From Bacteroidetes bacterium MED-G20 (lineage in GTDB: Bacteria; Bacteroidota; Bacteroidia; Flavobacteriales_D; Parvicellaceae), in contig CAJJCR010000005.1 of the NCBI GenBank assembly GCA_905182745.1, forward strand, positions 48,764 through 112,763: DNA of 64,000 bases. Direction: 5' to 3'. Under the pieces are notes generated by a model that was not told the origin of the DNA, did not search any database, and saw nothing but the letters and a program-made list of their open reading frames with translations. A program made the position numbers and the translations under genes. The first letter of the stretch is position 1. Each line of letters begins with the position of its first letter. Shown here in pieces: positions 19,377 through 28,811 of the stretch.

Positions 19377-20288
19377 TTAACAATTCAATTTGTTTAAAAA
19401 ATCTTTAACAATCTCTGCTAATTTATAGGCAGATTCTTCTTTAAATCTAAACCAAAGTTCTGGTTCTATAAGTTCTAATTCTGAAATTACAGGATTACTA
19501 ACATTGTCAAAAATAATATCAACTCTTGCATAAAGAGGCATAGTTTTAAGACTTTTTATAGTTTTTTCTGCCAACTCAATTATTTCCAGTGAAGGATTTA
19601 TTTTTTCAACACTTCCTCCGAAATCGTCTTGTACCCTGAAATCTCCTTTTTTTGCTTTTTTTTGAACAGAATGGGAGTATTCTCCACCAAAAATCATAAC
19701 TGCAATTTCACCAGTCGATAAAATATTTTTCTGGAATTCTTGAACCATAAAATCTTCATTATTAGTTAGAGAAAGCCATTTGTCTTGAAATTTTTTTATT
19801 TCATCATTTTTTAAATGATAAGTGTGTCTAGCAGCTCCCGAAATAGTTGGCTTTATAACAATATCTTTCCAGTTTTTACTTTTTGAAATAGTCTCTAGGT
19901 TGAGCTGTGTTTTTTTAGAAACAAAAACACTTTCTACAATTGGTAAATCTAGTTTTTGTAAGTCTAATAAATAATGTTTGTCAAGGTTCCAATTTATTTG
20001 CTCGTAGGGGTTTATTAAATAACATTGGTTCTTTATTAAATCTAGCCAATTTCTAAAGTTGGAAAATTGATCGAAATAATCCCAAGTAGATCTAAATATT
20101 GCACTTTTTGTAGAAGACCAATTAAAATTAGTATCGTTCCAATCTTTTTTAATGGTTCTAAGATTCAATTTTTCTAGTCCATCCATTACCAATCCGTCTT
20201 CTTTTAAAACATTTTGTATGTAAGGATCTATTTTTTTAGGATTAACATATCTCGAATCTGTTAATAGAACAACATCAAATTCTTTCAT
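19377..20288 (-). CDS. ATP-grasp-type protein (glutathione synthetase/RimK-like fold), function unknown
   Basis: 303 aa. ..IVIKPTISGAARHTY.. and ..YARVDII..ELELIEPEL.. resemble ATP-grasp C-terminal halves. Confidence 0.55.
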   Translation of the reverse strand: MKEFDVVLLTDSRYVNPKKIDPYIQNVLKEDGLVMDGLEKLNLRTIKKDWNDTNFNWSSTKSAIFRSTWDYFDQFSNFRNWLDLIKNQCYLINPYEQINWNLDKHYLLDLQKLDLPIVESVFVSKKTQLNLETISKSKNWKDIVIKPTISGAARHTYHLKNDEIKKFQDKWLSLTNNEDFMVQEFQKNILSTGEIAVMIFGGEYSHSVQKKAKKGDFRVQDDFGGSVEKINPSLEIIELAEKTIKSLKTMPLYARVDIIFDNVSNPVISELELIEPELWFRFKEESAYKLAEIVKDFLNKLNC

Positions 20289-20353
20289 AGGAGCAAATAT
20301 AATTATTACACAATTTAAGACCTGTTATGTCTCATAAATTCTATTTTTGATAT

Positions 20354-22012
20354 ATGAAATATGTGGTTAGTTATAAAGATTCGGATAGACATTTTATAGA
20401 TTTTAAGTTAATTGTTGATGCAAAAGGTTTGTCAAAGATTAATTTACAACTACCTTCTTGGAGACCTGGAAGATATGAACTTGGAAATTTTGCCAAAAAC
20501 ATTAAAGATTTTAATGTGGTAGATAGTGAGAATAACAAAGTGAGGTTTTGGAAAAAAACAAAAGATTTGTGGGAGGTCGATTGTCAAAAAACGGACCTAT
20601 TGACAGTCTCCTACAGTTATTATGCATCTGAGCTAAATGCAGGGTCTACTTACTTAGATCAAAATCAACTTTACATAAATCCTGTAAACTGCATGTTATA
20701 CAATTCTCAAGATATTGATTTAGAATATGAAATAGAATTTGAATTACCATTAGATTATAAAATTCACACTTCATTGGAAAACCTTGGAAATAATACTCTA
20801 AAAGCTTCAAATTTTGACCAATTGGCAGATTCTCCAATAATTGCCAGTAATTCTGCTAAGCAAAGATCTCTAACTATCAATAACGTTAATTTTAGTTTTT
20901 GCTTTCAAGGGGAAGTAAAAGTTAATTGGGAAAAGATGCTTAAAGATTTTTCTTCTTTTATCAATTATCAGATAAACCTTTTTGGTTCATTTCCCCAAAA
21001 AAGTTTCCTGTTTCTCTTTCAAATAACCCCTTTCAGTTCTTACCATGGAGTTGAACACCATCATTCTACAGTAATATTGTTGGGTCCATCCTACGATGTT
21101 TTCGAAAAATTATATAAAGAATTATTGGGGGTTTCTTCTCATGAATTATACCATGTTTGGAACGTAAAAGGAATTAGACCTAGCGATATGTTGCCCTATG
21201 ATTTTTCTAAGGAAAATTTTACTCATATGGGCTATGTTACAGAAGGTGTTACTACTTATATGGGAGATAGAATACTCTTTGAAAGTGGTGTTTTTTCTAC
21301 GGATCAATATTTTAATGAATTGGAAAAATTATTCCAACGACACTTTCATAGCGATGGTCGCAATCATTATTCTGTTTCAGAATCTAGTTGGGATACATGG
21401 TTAGACGGATATGTTCAGGGAATTCCCGGCAGAAAAGTTTCTATTTATGTAGAAGGTGCATTGATAGCTATGATTTGCGATGCCAAAATAAGAAAGGCTA
21501 CTGGCCATAAAAAATCTTTACATGATGTAATGAAAGCTTTCTACTCTGGTTCAAATGAATTAACGAGTTATGATATGAATAGCTATAAGAATGCTTTAGA
21601 AACTGTATCTGGAGAAAGTTTCAGCTCTATTTTTGATAAAATCATTTACGGAAAAGAAGATTTTAGGAGTTTTCTTGAAGAGGCTTTAAAGGTTTTTGGT
21701 TGGAAGTTTTCAGTAATTAAATCCAAAAATATAAGTTGGCAACTTGGATTAAAGACTTATTTTAAAAATGGCCATCTTAAAGTTTTAAATGTTCTAGAGG
21801 GAAGTGCTGCATATAATTCGTTAGTTGTAAAAGAAGATGAAATATTGGCTATTAATGATTTTAGGATAGATAATAATTTGGACCATTGGCTAAATTATTT
21901 TGAAAATGACCAAATTGCACTAAAAGTTAGTAGAAATGGAAAAATATTGGATATAAATATGAATTCTAGTAGTGATAATCAGTACTTTAAATATAAATTC
22001 TTTGAAGAATGA
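20354..22012 (+). CDS. M61 (glycyl aminopeptidase) family metallopeptidase with C-terminal PDZ
   Basis: HELYHVWNVKGIRP zinc motif. PDZ-like LEGSAAYNSLVVKEDEILAIN. Confidence 0.8.
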   Translation: MKYVVSYKDSDRHFIDFKLIVDAKGLSKINLQLPSWRPGRYELGNFAKNIKDFNVVDSENNKVRFWKKTKDLWEVDCQKTDLLTVSYSYYASELNAGSTYLDQNQLYINPVNCMLYNSQDIDLEYEIEFELPLDYKIHTSLENLGNNTLKASNFDQLADSPIIASNSAKQRSLTINNVNFSFCFQGEVKVNWEKMLKDFSSFINYQINLFGSFPQKSFLFLFQITPFSSYHGVEHHHSTVILLGPSYDVFEKLYKELLGVSSHELYHVWNVKGIRPSDMLPYDFSKENFTHMGYVTEGVTTYMGDRILFESGVFSTDQYFNELEKLFQRHFHSDGRNHYSVSESSWDTWLDGYVQGIPGRKVSIYVEGALIAMICDAKIRKATGHKKSLHDVMKAFYSGSNELTSYDMNSYKNALETVSGESFSSIFDKIIYGKEDFRSFLEEALKVFGWKFSVIKSKNISWQLGLKTYFKNGHLKVLNVLEGSAAYNSLVVKEDEILAINDFRIDNNLDHWLNYFENDQIALKVSRNGKILDINMNSSSDNQYFKYKFFEE

Positions 22013-22482
22013 AAAATTTTGATGCTCTTAAGTGGCTTTGTCTACTAAGCTTAATAGGTTTTATCTATTGTTTCGTTTTTGACCTAGGTTATTTCTTTTT
22101 GTTTTTTGATTTCTTAGATTTAAATTCTGAAAAGAATAATTTTTTAAACTTAATTATAGAAAATTTAGATGAAAATGATTTTAAGTTTGACGAATATTTG
22201 GCCTCACAACTTAGAAGTCTATACGGTTTAAGAATTGTCTTTGATATATTGGCAATGGCTGGAGTAACTTTGATGTACTTTAAGGTAAAGTTAGGATGGA
22301 CATTTTATTGGATTTTTCAAGTAGCTTATGTTTTAGCTCCATATATATTTTTAAATTTTGAATTTCAAGCTTCTTGGCCTTATTTTACTGGCATTGCATT
22401 GGTCATGTTTCCACTTTTTAACAATATGATTCATTTGGTTTATGTCCTGTTATTCATGTCCCAAAGAGCACAACTAAAATAA
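22009..22482 (+). CDS. hypothetical membrane protein
   Basis: 157 aa with about 4 hydrophobic spans. ATGA overlap with the M61 gene. Confidence 0.45.
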   Translation: MKNFDALKWLCLLSLIGFIYCFVFDLGYFFLFFDFLDLNSEKNNFLNLIIENLDENDFKFDEYLASQLRSLYGLRIVFDILAMAGVTLMYFKVKLGWTFYWIFQVAYVLAPYIFLNFEFQASWPYFTGIALVMFPLFNNMIHLVYVLLFMSQRAQLK

Positions 22483-22545
22483 TAAATTCCATTTTGAATA
22501 TTAAAATTAACTTTTTCTTGTAAATTAGAGTAGAAGGATATTTAT

Positions 22546-23964
22546 ATGGAAGAAAACAATAGAATAGACTACGACCCTATTAAATCAGAAGCAGATAAGG
22601 TTTCTGTAAAGCAGGCATTTGGTTCAGTAACAAATTTTTTAAAAAAGTTATTTTCTATTTACGACGGAGTCGATAAAGAAAAAACTGTTGAGGACATAAG
22701 AAGCGATATTGAGTTTTCCTCGATAAATATTTGGATTCTAATTTGTTCCATTTTGGTTGCCTCCATTGGTTTAATCAATAATTCTCCAGCCGTAATAATA
22801 GGAGCCATGTTAATATCTCCATTAATGGGTCCCATAAGGGGAATAGGGTATGCTTTATCAGCCAATGATTTTAAAGCACTTATTCAGTCTTTAAAAAACT
22901 TTGGTATAATGGTAGCTGCAAGTGTTTTGGCATCTTATTTATTTTATTTAATCACTCCCATTAAATCAGAAACATCTGAACTTCTAAGTAGAACTAAACC
23001 ACATGTATTAGATATTTTAATTGCTTTTTTTGGTGGTCTAGCTGGTGTTATAGCAACAACAGTAAGAAATAAAGCCACCACAATAACAGTAATTCCTGGG
23101 GTTGCAATTGCTACTGCTTTGATGCCTCCTTTATGTACAGTTGGATATGCAATGGCAGTAGGGAATTGGCCATATTTCATTGGTGCTTTCTATTTGTTTT
23201 TACTAAACAGTGTTTTTATATGTCTATCGACTTTTATTGTTCTCCGACTGTTGAATTTTCCAAAGGTTAAATTTGTTAATCCTAAAATTGAGAGAAAAGT
23301 AAAAATTTATGTTTTTACAGTTTTGCTTCTTATAGTAATACCAAGTGTTTTTAAATTTTACCATATTATACACGAGTCTATTTTTATACAAAGCGCAGAT
23401 AACTTTATTAAAAATGAAATATCTATTAATCCAGAAATTGAGGTGCTGACCAAAGAATTAAATTACGAGGATGAGAATCCTGAAATAATTTTAAATATTG
23501 GAGGAAAGTACATCAATGAAGAACAGGTAAATAATTGGAAATTACAGCTTACTAATTATGAAATGGGCAATGTGAATTTAGAGATTCATAATTTACAGTC
23601 TAAGGCTATTGATGAAGAAGAGTTGTTAAATAAAATATTGGTAGATAATGACAAGAAGATATTATCTATTTCAGAGGAGAGAGACTTGTATAAGAGCGAA
23701 CTCCAAAACATTATGAGAGAGAAAAATGCTTTGGATCAATTAAATACTAGGATTCTAACCCATTTTCCATCCATAAAATCCTTAAATTATGGTCAATCCT
23801 ACAGCGAGTTAAATGGAGTTAAAGACACTAATTTTGTTTTTGTTATTAGGTGGAATAACGATACTCTCAAAAATTTCCAGAAATCTTATGTCGAGAATTT
23901 TATAACTAAAGAGTTAAATACTTTCTATTCCAACGATAATAAAGTTCTGATTTTTAATAAGTAG
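22546..23964 (+). CDS. DUF389-family integral membrane protein with long C-terminal extension
   Basis: ..VIIGAMLISPLMGPI.. and ..IPGVAIATALMPPL.. are typical DUF389 repeats. The C-terminal approximately 200 aa are soluble and coiled-coil-like. Confidence 0.65.
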   Translation: MEENNRIDYDPIKSEADKVSVKQAFGSVTNFLKKLFSIYDGVDKEKTVEDIRSDIEFSSINIWILICSILVASIGLINNSPAVIIGAMLISPLMGPIRGIGYALSANDFKALIQSLKNFGIMVAASVLASYLFYLITPIKSETSELLSRTKPHVLDILIAFFGGLAGVIATTVRNKATTITVIPGVAIATALMPPLCTVGYAMAVGNWPYFIGAFYLFLLNSVFICLSTFIVLRLLNFPKVKFVNPKIERKVKIYVFTVLLLIVIPSVFKFYHIIHESIFIQSADNFIKNEISINPEIEVLTKELNYEDENPEIILNIGGKYINEEQVNNWKLQLTNYEMGNVNLEIHNLQSKAIDEEELLNKILVDNDKKILSISEERDLYKSELQNIMREKNALDQLNTRILTHFPSIKSLNYGQSYSELNGVKDTNFVFVIRWNNDTLKNFQKSYVENFITKELNTFYSNDNKVLIFNK

Positions 23965-23967
23965 AAA

Positions 23968-24294
23968 GTGGGGAAATCCAAAAAAAATCGTGTAAATGTA
24001 GTTTACTCAACGAATCCTCATTTTGATTTTGAGGAACCCTCGGATGATGAAATATCCATTCCTTTTAATGAACAAAAATTATATATTTCTATTGATAGAA
24101 AGAACAGAGCAGGGAAGTCAGTTACTTTAATTGAAGAATTTAGAGGATCTGATGAAGACGCTAAAGAATTGGCAAAAAAATTAAAACAACTTTGTGGTGT
24201 AGGAGGAGGATACAAAAATAAAGAAATCTATATTCAGGGAAATCAAAGAGATAAAGTTTCTAAATTTTTACAAAAACTAGGTGCTTCACTGTAA
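23968..24294 (+). CDS. SUI1/YciH-family translation initiation factor
   Basis: 108 aa. ..RAGKSVTLIEEF....LKQLCGVGGGYKNKEIYIQGNQRDKV. Confidence 0.9.
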   Translation: MGKSKKNRVNVVYSTNPHFDFEEPSDDEISIPFNEQKLYISIDRKNRAGKSVTLIEEFRGSDEDAKELAKKLKQLCGVGGGYKNKEIYIQGNQRDKVSKFLQKLGASL

Positions 24295-24311
24295 AATTTA
24301 AGGGTGGTTAA

Positions 24312-24365
24312 TTTGGTATTTCTTTTTTTTAAATCTATTTTTGACTAAACGGTCAGTCAAAAATG
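24312..24365 (+). promoter_or_regulatory. candidate promoter (-33 TTTG 24312-24315, -7 TATTTTTG 24336-24343) overlapped by a perfect 10-bp inverted repeat (likely TetR operator)
   Basis: The -33/-7 spacing is 20 nt. ATTTTTGACT (24337-24346) - 8 nt - AGTCAAAAAT (24355-24364). The right arm runs into the ATG of the TetR gene (24363). Confidence 0.45.
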
Positions 24366-24935
24366 TGTCCAAAGACAGTTGTTCAAAATAAAATTATTCG
24401 ACAAGAGAAGAAAGATCTTATCCTAAGAACTGCTTTAATAGTATTTGCCCAAGAAGGATACCATGCCAGTTCGGTTAACAAAATAGCGGATAAAGCGAAT
24501 ATTTCTAAAGGACTTATATACAATTACTTCGAAAGTAAAGAAGACTTGTTACGTAATATTATTACCAATATTATGGATAGGTATATGGAAAAATATCCTC
24601 CAATTGATTCTATTCCAAATGATAGTCATATTGAATACTTTATTGACCAATCATTTGAATTTATACTTGAAGATAAAGCTCGAGCTAAACTTTTATTTGC
24701 TTTGACAGCACAATCTATAGTTATGGATCTTATGACTAAAATAACGATGCAAAAAGCCGAACCATTTATGAACAATGTCATGAATTTTTTTGAAATTAAA
24801 AAACACGATGATCCTAAAGCTATGATGCATTATTTTTTTTCAACCTTAGAAGGGGTTCAATTGCACGTAACTTTTAATCCTCTATATCCCATTGATAAAG
24901 TGAAAAAGATTCTAAAAAAACAATTTTTAAAATAA
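24363..24935 (+). CDS. TetR/AcrR-family transcriptional regulator
   Basis: N-terminal HTH ..FAQEGYHASSVNKIADKANISKGLIYNYFESKEDLL. Confidence 0.9.
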   Translation: MCPKTVVQNKIIRQEKKDLILRTALIVFAQEGYHASSVNKIADKANISKGLIYNYFESKEDLLRNIITNIMDRYMEKYPPIDSIPNDSHIEYFIDQSFEFILEDKARAKLLFALTAQSIVMDLMTKITMQKAEPFMNNVMNFFEIKKHDDPKAMMHYFFSTLEGVQLHVTFNPLYPIDKVKKILKKQFLK

Positions 24936-25675
24936 TGAAAAAAATAAATTTTATAATATTATTATTCAGCTCTATTAATATATTCAGTCAAACAGCTCTA
25001 GAAATTATTGAAAAGTCAGATGCTAAATTAAGGGGAGAGTCTTCTTTTTCTGAAATGACTATAACTATAGTTAGACCAAAATGGCAAAAGACCATGACTA
25101 TGAAAAGCTGGTCAGAAGGAACTGATTATTCAGTTTCTTTAGTTACAAGTCCTGCTAAAGAAAAAGGTTCTGTTTTTTTAAAAAGAAAAAATGAAGTTTG
25201 GAATTACTTACCTACTTTGGAAAGAACTATAAAACTACCACCATCCATGATGACCCAAAGCTTTATGGGGACAGATTTAACCAACGATGATTTAGTCAAA
25301 CAATCTTCAATGGTAGTAGATTATTCGCATAAGATTTTAAAAGAAGAAATAGTAGAGGGATTGAACTGTTGGAAATTAGAATTATTACCCAATGAAGAGG
25401 CTACCGTAGTTTGGGGTAAGTTAATTATTTGGATAGATAAATCGGATTATATGCAACTTAAAGTAGAGTTTTATGATGAAGATGAAGAGCTAGTTAATTT
25501 AATGAATGGATACAATTTTAAAATGTTTGGCAATAAAAAACTTCCTTCCAAAATTGAATTTATTCCTTTGGAGGATGAAGGTAATAAAACAGTAATTGAA
25601 TACAATTCATGGGAATTTGATAAGGAAATACCTTCCAATTATTTTACAACACAATATGTATCAAGATTAAAATAG
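24935..25675 (+). CDS. LolA-like 'outer membrane lipoprotein-sorting' family periplasmic protein
   Basis: Signal peptide. ..WNYLPTLERTIKLPPSMMTQSFMGTDLTNDDL.. is the family signature as I remember it. The start overlaps the TetR stop. Confidence 0.7.
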   Translation: MKKINFIILLFSSINIFSQTALEIIEKSDAKLRGESSFSEMTITIVRPKWQKTMTMKSWSEGTDYSVSLVTSPAKEKGSVFLKRKNEVWNYLPTLERTIKLPPSMMTQSFMGTDLTNDDLVKQSSMVVDYSHKILKEEIVEGLNCWKLELLPNEEATVVWGKLIIWIDKSDYMQLKVEFYDEDEELVNLMNGYNFKMFGNKKLPSKIEFIPLEDEGNKTVIEYNSWEFDKEIPSNYFTTQYVSRLK

Positions 25676-26893
25676 ATGATGTTAATTAAACTCGCTTGGC
25701 GAAATATTTGGCGCAACAAAAAGAGAAGTATCATAACCATTACAGCTATTGTGATTGCTGTATTTTTAGCTGTTGTAATGCGTTCTTTGCAATTGGGAAT
25801 GTATGACAATATGATTCAAAATATTGTTGGTTCTTATTCTGGCCATATTCAAATTCATTCTAATGGCTACTGGGAAGAACAAACCATAGATAATGCTTTT
25901 GAATATAACGATTCATTAATTGAGAAAATTGAAATCAATCAAGAGGTTGACCACACCACTAAAAGACTTCAAAGTGGGTGCTTATCGTCCTATAAAGATT
26001 TATCAAAATTTGTTTTCGTTAATGGGATAGAACCAGACAAAGAACAATTAATGACCGATTGGAATAAAAGATTAGTAGATGGAGAATTATTGACTAAAAA
26101 TTCCAGTTCTGTAAATATTGGAAAAGGAATTGCCAAATATTACAATTTGAAAGTTGGAGATACTTTAATTTTTGTTGGTCAAGGATATCATGGAATGCAA
26201 GCGGTGGGAGCTTTCCCTGTTTGTGGAATTTTAGACATGAAAAATCCTAATTTAAATAATGTAAGTGTATTCATGTCGCTTCCTACTGCTCAAGATTTTC
26301 TATCGGCTAATGATTTAATGACACATTTAGTCATTAATAAAAAAGAATATAGCGATGAACAAACTATAGTTAGTTCTTTAAGTGAAAATTTTAAGGCTGA
26401 ATATGAAATTATGACATGGCAAGAAATGATGCCAGAAATTCAGCAGGTTATTCAAGCCGATAGTGCAGGAGGTCTTGTGATGATTTTTATTTTATATATG
26501 ATTATAACCTTTGGAATTTTTGGAACCGTACTAATGATGACTCAAGAGAGAAAATACGAATTTGGCGTAGTAGTTTCCATAGGAATGAAGAAAATTAAAT
26601 TAATGATTTCTATGGTTTATGAAACCATTTTTTTAACCTCTATTGGGGTTCTTTCTGGAGTTGTCTTATCTAGGCCGCTTGTTATCCACTTTCACAATAA
26701 TCCGTTAGAATTTCCTGCAGAACAAGCTGAAATGATGGAAAATCAAGGATTTGAAGCGATTATTCCATTTATGAGCTCTTACGATATTCCAATTACCCAT
26801 GGGTTAATTATATTTTTTATTTCACTATTTATTTGCATCTATCCTATTATTACTATTTACAAGTTGAACCCTGTTAAAGCCATGAAAAGATAA
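25676..26893 (+). CDS. ABC transporter permease, FtsX/MacB-LolE type
   Basis: 405 aa. N-terminal TM (LAWRNIWRNKKRS), large periplasmic domain, three C-terminal TMs. Confidence 0.85.
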   Translation: MMLIKLAWRNIWRNKKRSIITITAIVIAVFLAVVMRSLQLGMYDNMIQNIVGSYSGHIQIHSNGYWEEQTIDNAFEYNDSLIEKIEINQEVDHTTKRLQSGCLSSYKDLSKFVFVNGIEPDKEQLMTDWNKRLVDGELLTKNSSSVNIGKGIAKYYNLKVGDTLIFVGQGYHGMQAVGAFPVCGILDMKNPNLNNVSVFMSLPTAQDFLSANDLMTHLVINKKEYSDEQTIVSSLSENFKAEYEIMTWQEMMPEIQQVIQADSAGGLVMIFILYMIITFGIFGTVLMMTQERKYEFGVVVSIGMKKIKLMISMVYETIFLTSIGVLSGVVLSRPLVIHFHNNPLEFPAEQAEMMENQGFEAIIPFMSSYDIPITHGLIIFFISLFICIYPIITIYKLNPVKAMKR

Positions 26894-26894
26894 T

Positions 26895-28115
26895 ATGAAA
26901 ACAGTAATAAAAATAGCATGGCGAAATATTTGGCGAAATAAGCTGAGGAGTTTAACAGTGATTGTTTCTATGGTTTTAGGTCTTTTTTCTGGTCTTTTTG
27001 CTGTTTCTATGATGTTGGGTTTAAATGATCAGAGAATGGGTAGTGCAGTGGATTCCTATCTTTCCCACATTCAAATTCATCATCCATCTTTTAATGAGAA
27101 CTTTGATATAAAGCATACTGTAGAAAACTTTGATTCTCTTAAAATTTCGCTTAAAAATGACCAAACTATTAAGGCATTTAGTTCAAGAACAATTATTTCT
27201 GGAATGGCATCTACAGCCCATGGTTCGGCAGGAATTCGTCTAATTGGAATTGATCCCACTTCAGAATCAAAAGTTACTAATGTGCATACCAGCATGGTCA
27301 AGGGTACTTACTTTACTAGTATTAAAAGTAAACCAGCTTTAATTGGTAAAAAATTAGCGGAGAAATTGCAATTAGATATTAAAAAGAAAATCTATTTAAC
27401 ATTTGTAGATGAAAATGGGGACCAGCAACGCATTAAACTAAAAGTAGAGGGTATTTTTAAAACAGCTAGCACTTTATTTGACCGTACCAATATCTACATG
27501 AAAAGAGAAGACTTACAAAAAATATTAGCTAACAATTCTGCCATTCACGAAATTGGAATTATTTGTGAAGATTTAAATTTAGTGGAAAATAAAGTAGATG
27601 GTCTAAATAAAAGTTTTCCTAATAATAAGATAGAATCTTGGGGACAGATTGCCCCTGAGTTGGGTTATGCACAAGAAATTATGGGAAGTGTTATTTATAT
27701 TTTTATGGGCATTATTTTAATAGCACTTTCTTTTGGGATTATCAATACTATGCTTATGGCAGTATTGGAAAGAAAAAAAGAGTTGGGTATGTTAATGTCT
27801 GTGGGGCTTAATAAAAGAAAAGTATTTTTCATGGTAGTTTTTGAAACTCTATTTATTTCTTTAGTTGCAGCTCCAATAGGCATATTTTTATCCTATTCTT
27901 TTATCTCTTATTTTGGAATTCATGGTATAGACCTTTCTTCTGTAGGCGAAGGATTAGAAGAACTCGGAATTGGAACAAGAGTCTTTACCAAATTATCTTT
28001 CGATAATTATATAAATATTACCATTTTGACTTTGATTGTAACTTTTTTCTCTTCCTTAATTCCTGCAAGAAGAGCTTTAAAATTAAACCCTGCAGAAGCA
28101 GTTAGAGCACTATAA
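26895..28115 (+). CDS. ABC transporter permease, FtsX/MacB-LolE type (second copy)
   Basis: 406 aa. IAWRNIWRNKLRS and the same topology as the preceding gene. Confidence 0.85.
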   Translation: MKTVIKIAWRNIWRNKLRSLTVIVSMVLGLFSGLFAVSMMLGLNDQRMGSAVDSYLSHIQIHHPSFNENFDIKHTVENFDSLKISLKNDQTIKAFSSRTIISGMASTAHGSAGIRLIGIDPTSESKVTNVHTSMVKGTYFTSIKSKPALIGKKLAEKLQLDIKKKIYLTFVDENGDQQRIKLKVEGIFKTASTLFDRTNIYMKREDLQKILANNSAIHEIGIICEDLNLVENKVDGLNKSFPNNKIESWGQIAPELGYAQEIMGSVIYIFMGIILIALSFGIINTMLMAVLERKKELGMLMSVGLNKRKVFFMVVFETLFISLVAAPIGIFLSYSFISYFGIHGIDLSSVGEGLEELGIGTRVFTKLSFDNYINITILTLIVTFFSSLIPARRALKLNPAEAVRAL

Positions 28116-28126
28116 AACTTATAAAT

Positions 28127-28810
28127 ATGAATGTAATTGAAACCAATAATTTAATTAAAATATACCAACAAGGAGATATTGAAGTAAAGGCTCTAAATGA
28201 TGTGTCTATTAATTTTCAGCAAGGGGAGTTTACTGCAATAGTTGGTCCTTCCGGCTCTGGAAAAACCACATTTTTAAATTCTATTGGTGGACTCGACACA
28301 CCCACGTCAGGAAAAGTAGTCATTAACGATACCGATATTACCAACCTAAAGTCCAATGAACTTATAGATTTTAGATTACGCAACATAGGTTTTGTTTTTC
28401 AGGCTTATAATTTAATTCCTGTATTGACGGCAAAGGAAAATGTAGAGTTTATTATGTTAATGCAAGGAGATTCGGCAAGCGATAGAAAATCTAGAGCAGA
28501 GGAACTTTTAAATGCGGTTGGTTTGTCAGATCAAATAAATAGACGACCAGGCCAACTATCGGGTGGTCAGCAGCAAAGAGTAGCAGTTGCTAGAGCATTG
28601 GCATCAAAACCCAAATTTGTTTTAGCAGATGAACCTACTGCCAATTTAGATTCTACATCTACTTCTAACCTTTTAGATATTATGCATAGACTAAATAAGG
28701 AAGAGAATATGACTTTCATATTTTCTACCCATGACCAGAGGGTTATAGATAGAGCTAAAAGAATAATTACTTTGGAGGACGGGAAAATTCTTTCGGACAA
28801 AAAGCAATAA
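28127..28810 (+). CDS. ABC transporter ATP-binding protein (LolD/MacB-type)
   Basis: Walker A GPSGSGKTT, signature LSGGQQQRVAVARAL, Walker B FVLADEPT. Confidence 0.95.
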   Translation: MNVIETNNLIKIYQQGDIEVKALNDVSINFQQGEFTAIVGPSGSGKTTFLNSIGGLDTPTSGKVVINDTDITNLKSNELIDFRLRNIGFVFQAYNLIPVLTAKENVEFIMLMQGDSASDRKSRAEELLNAVGLSDQINRRPGQLSGGQQQRVAVARALASKPKFVLADEPTANLDSTSTSNLLDIMHRLNKEENMTFIFSTHDQRVIDRAKRIITLEDGKILSDKKQ

Positions 28811-28811
28811 A

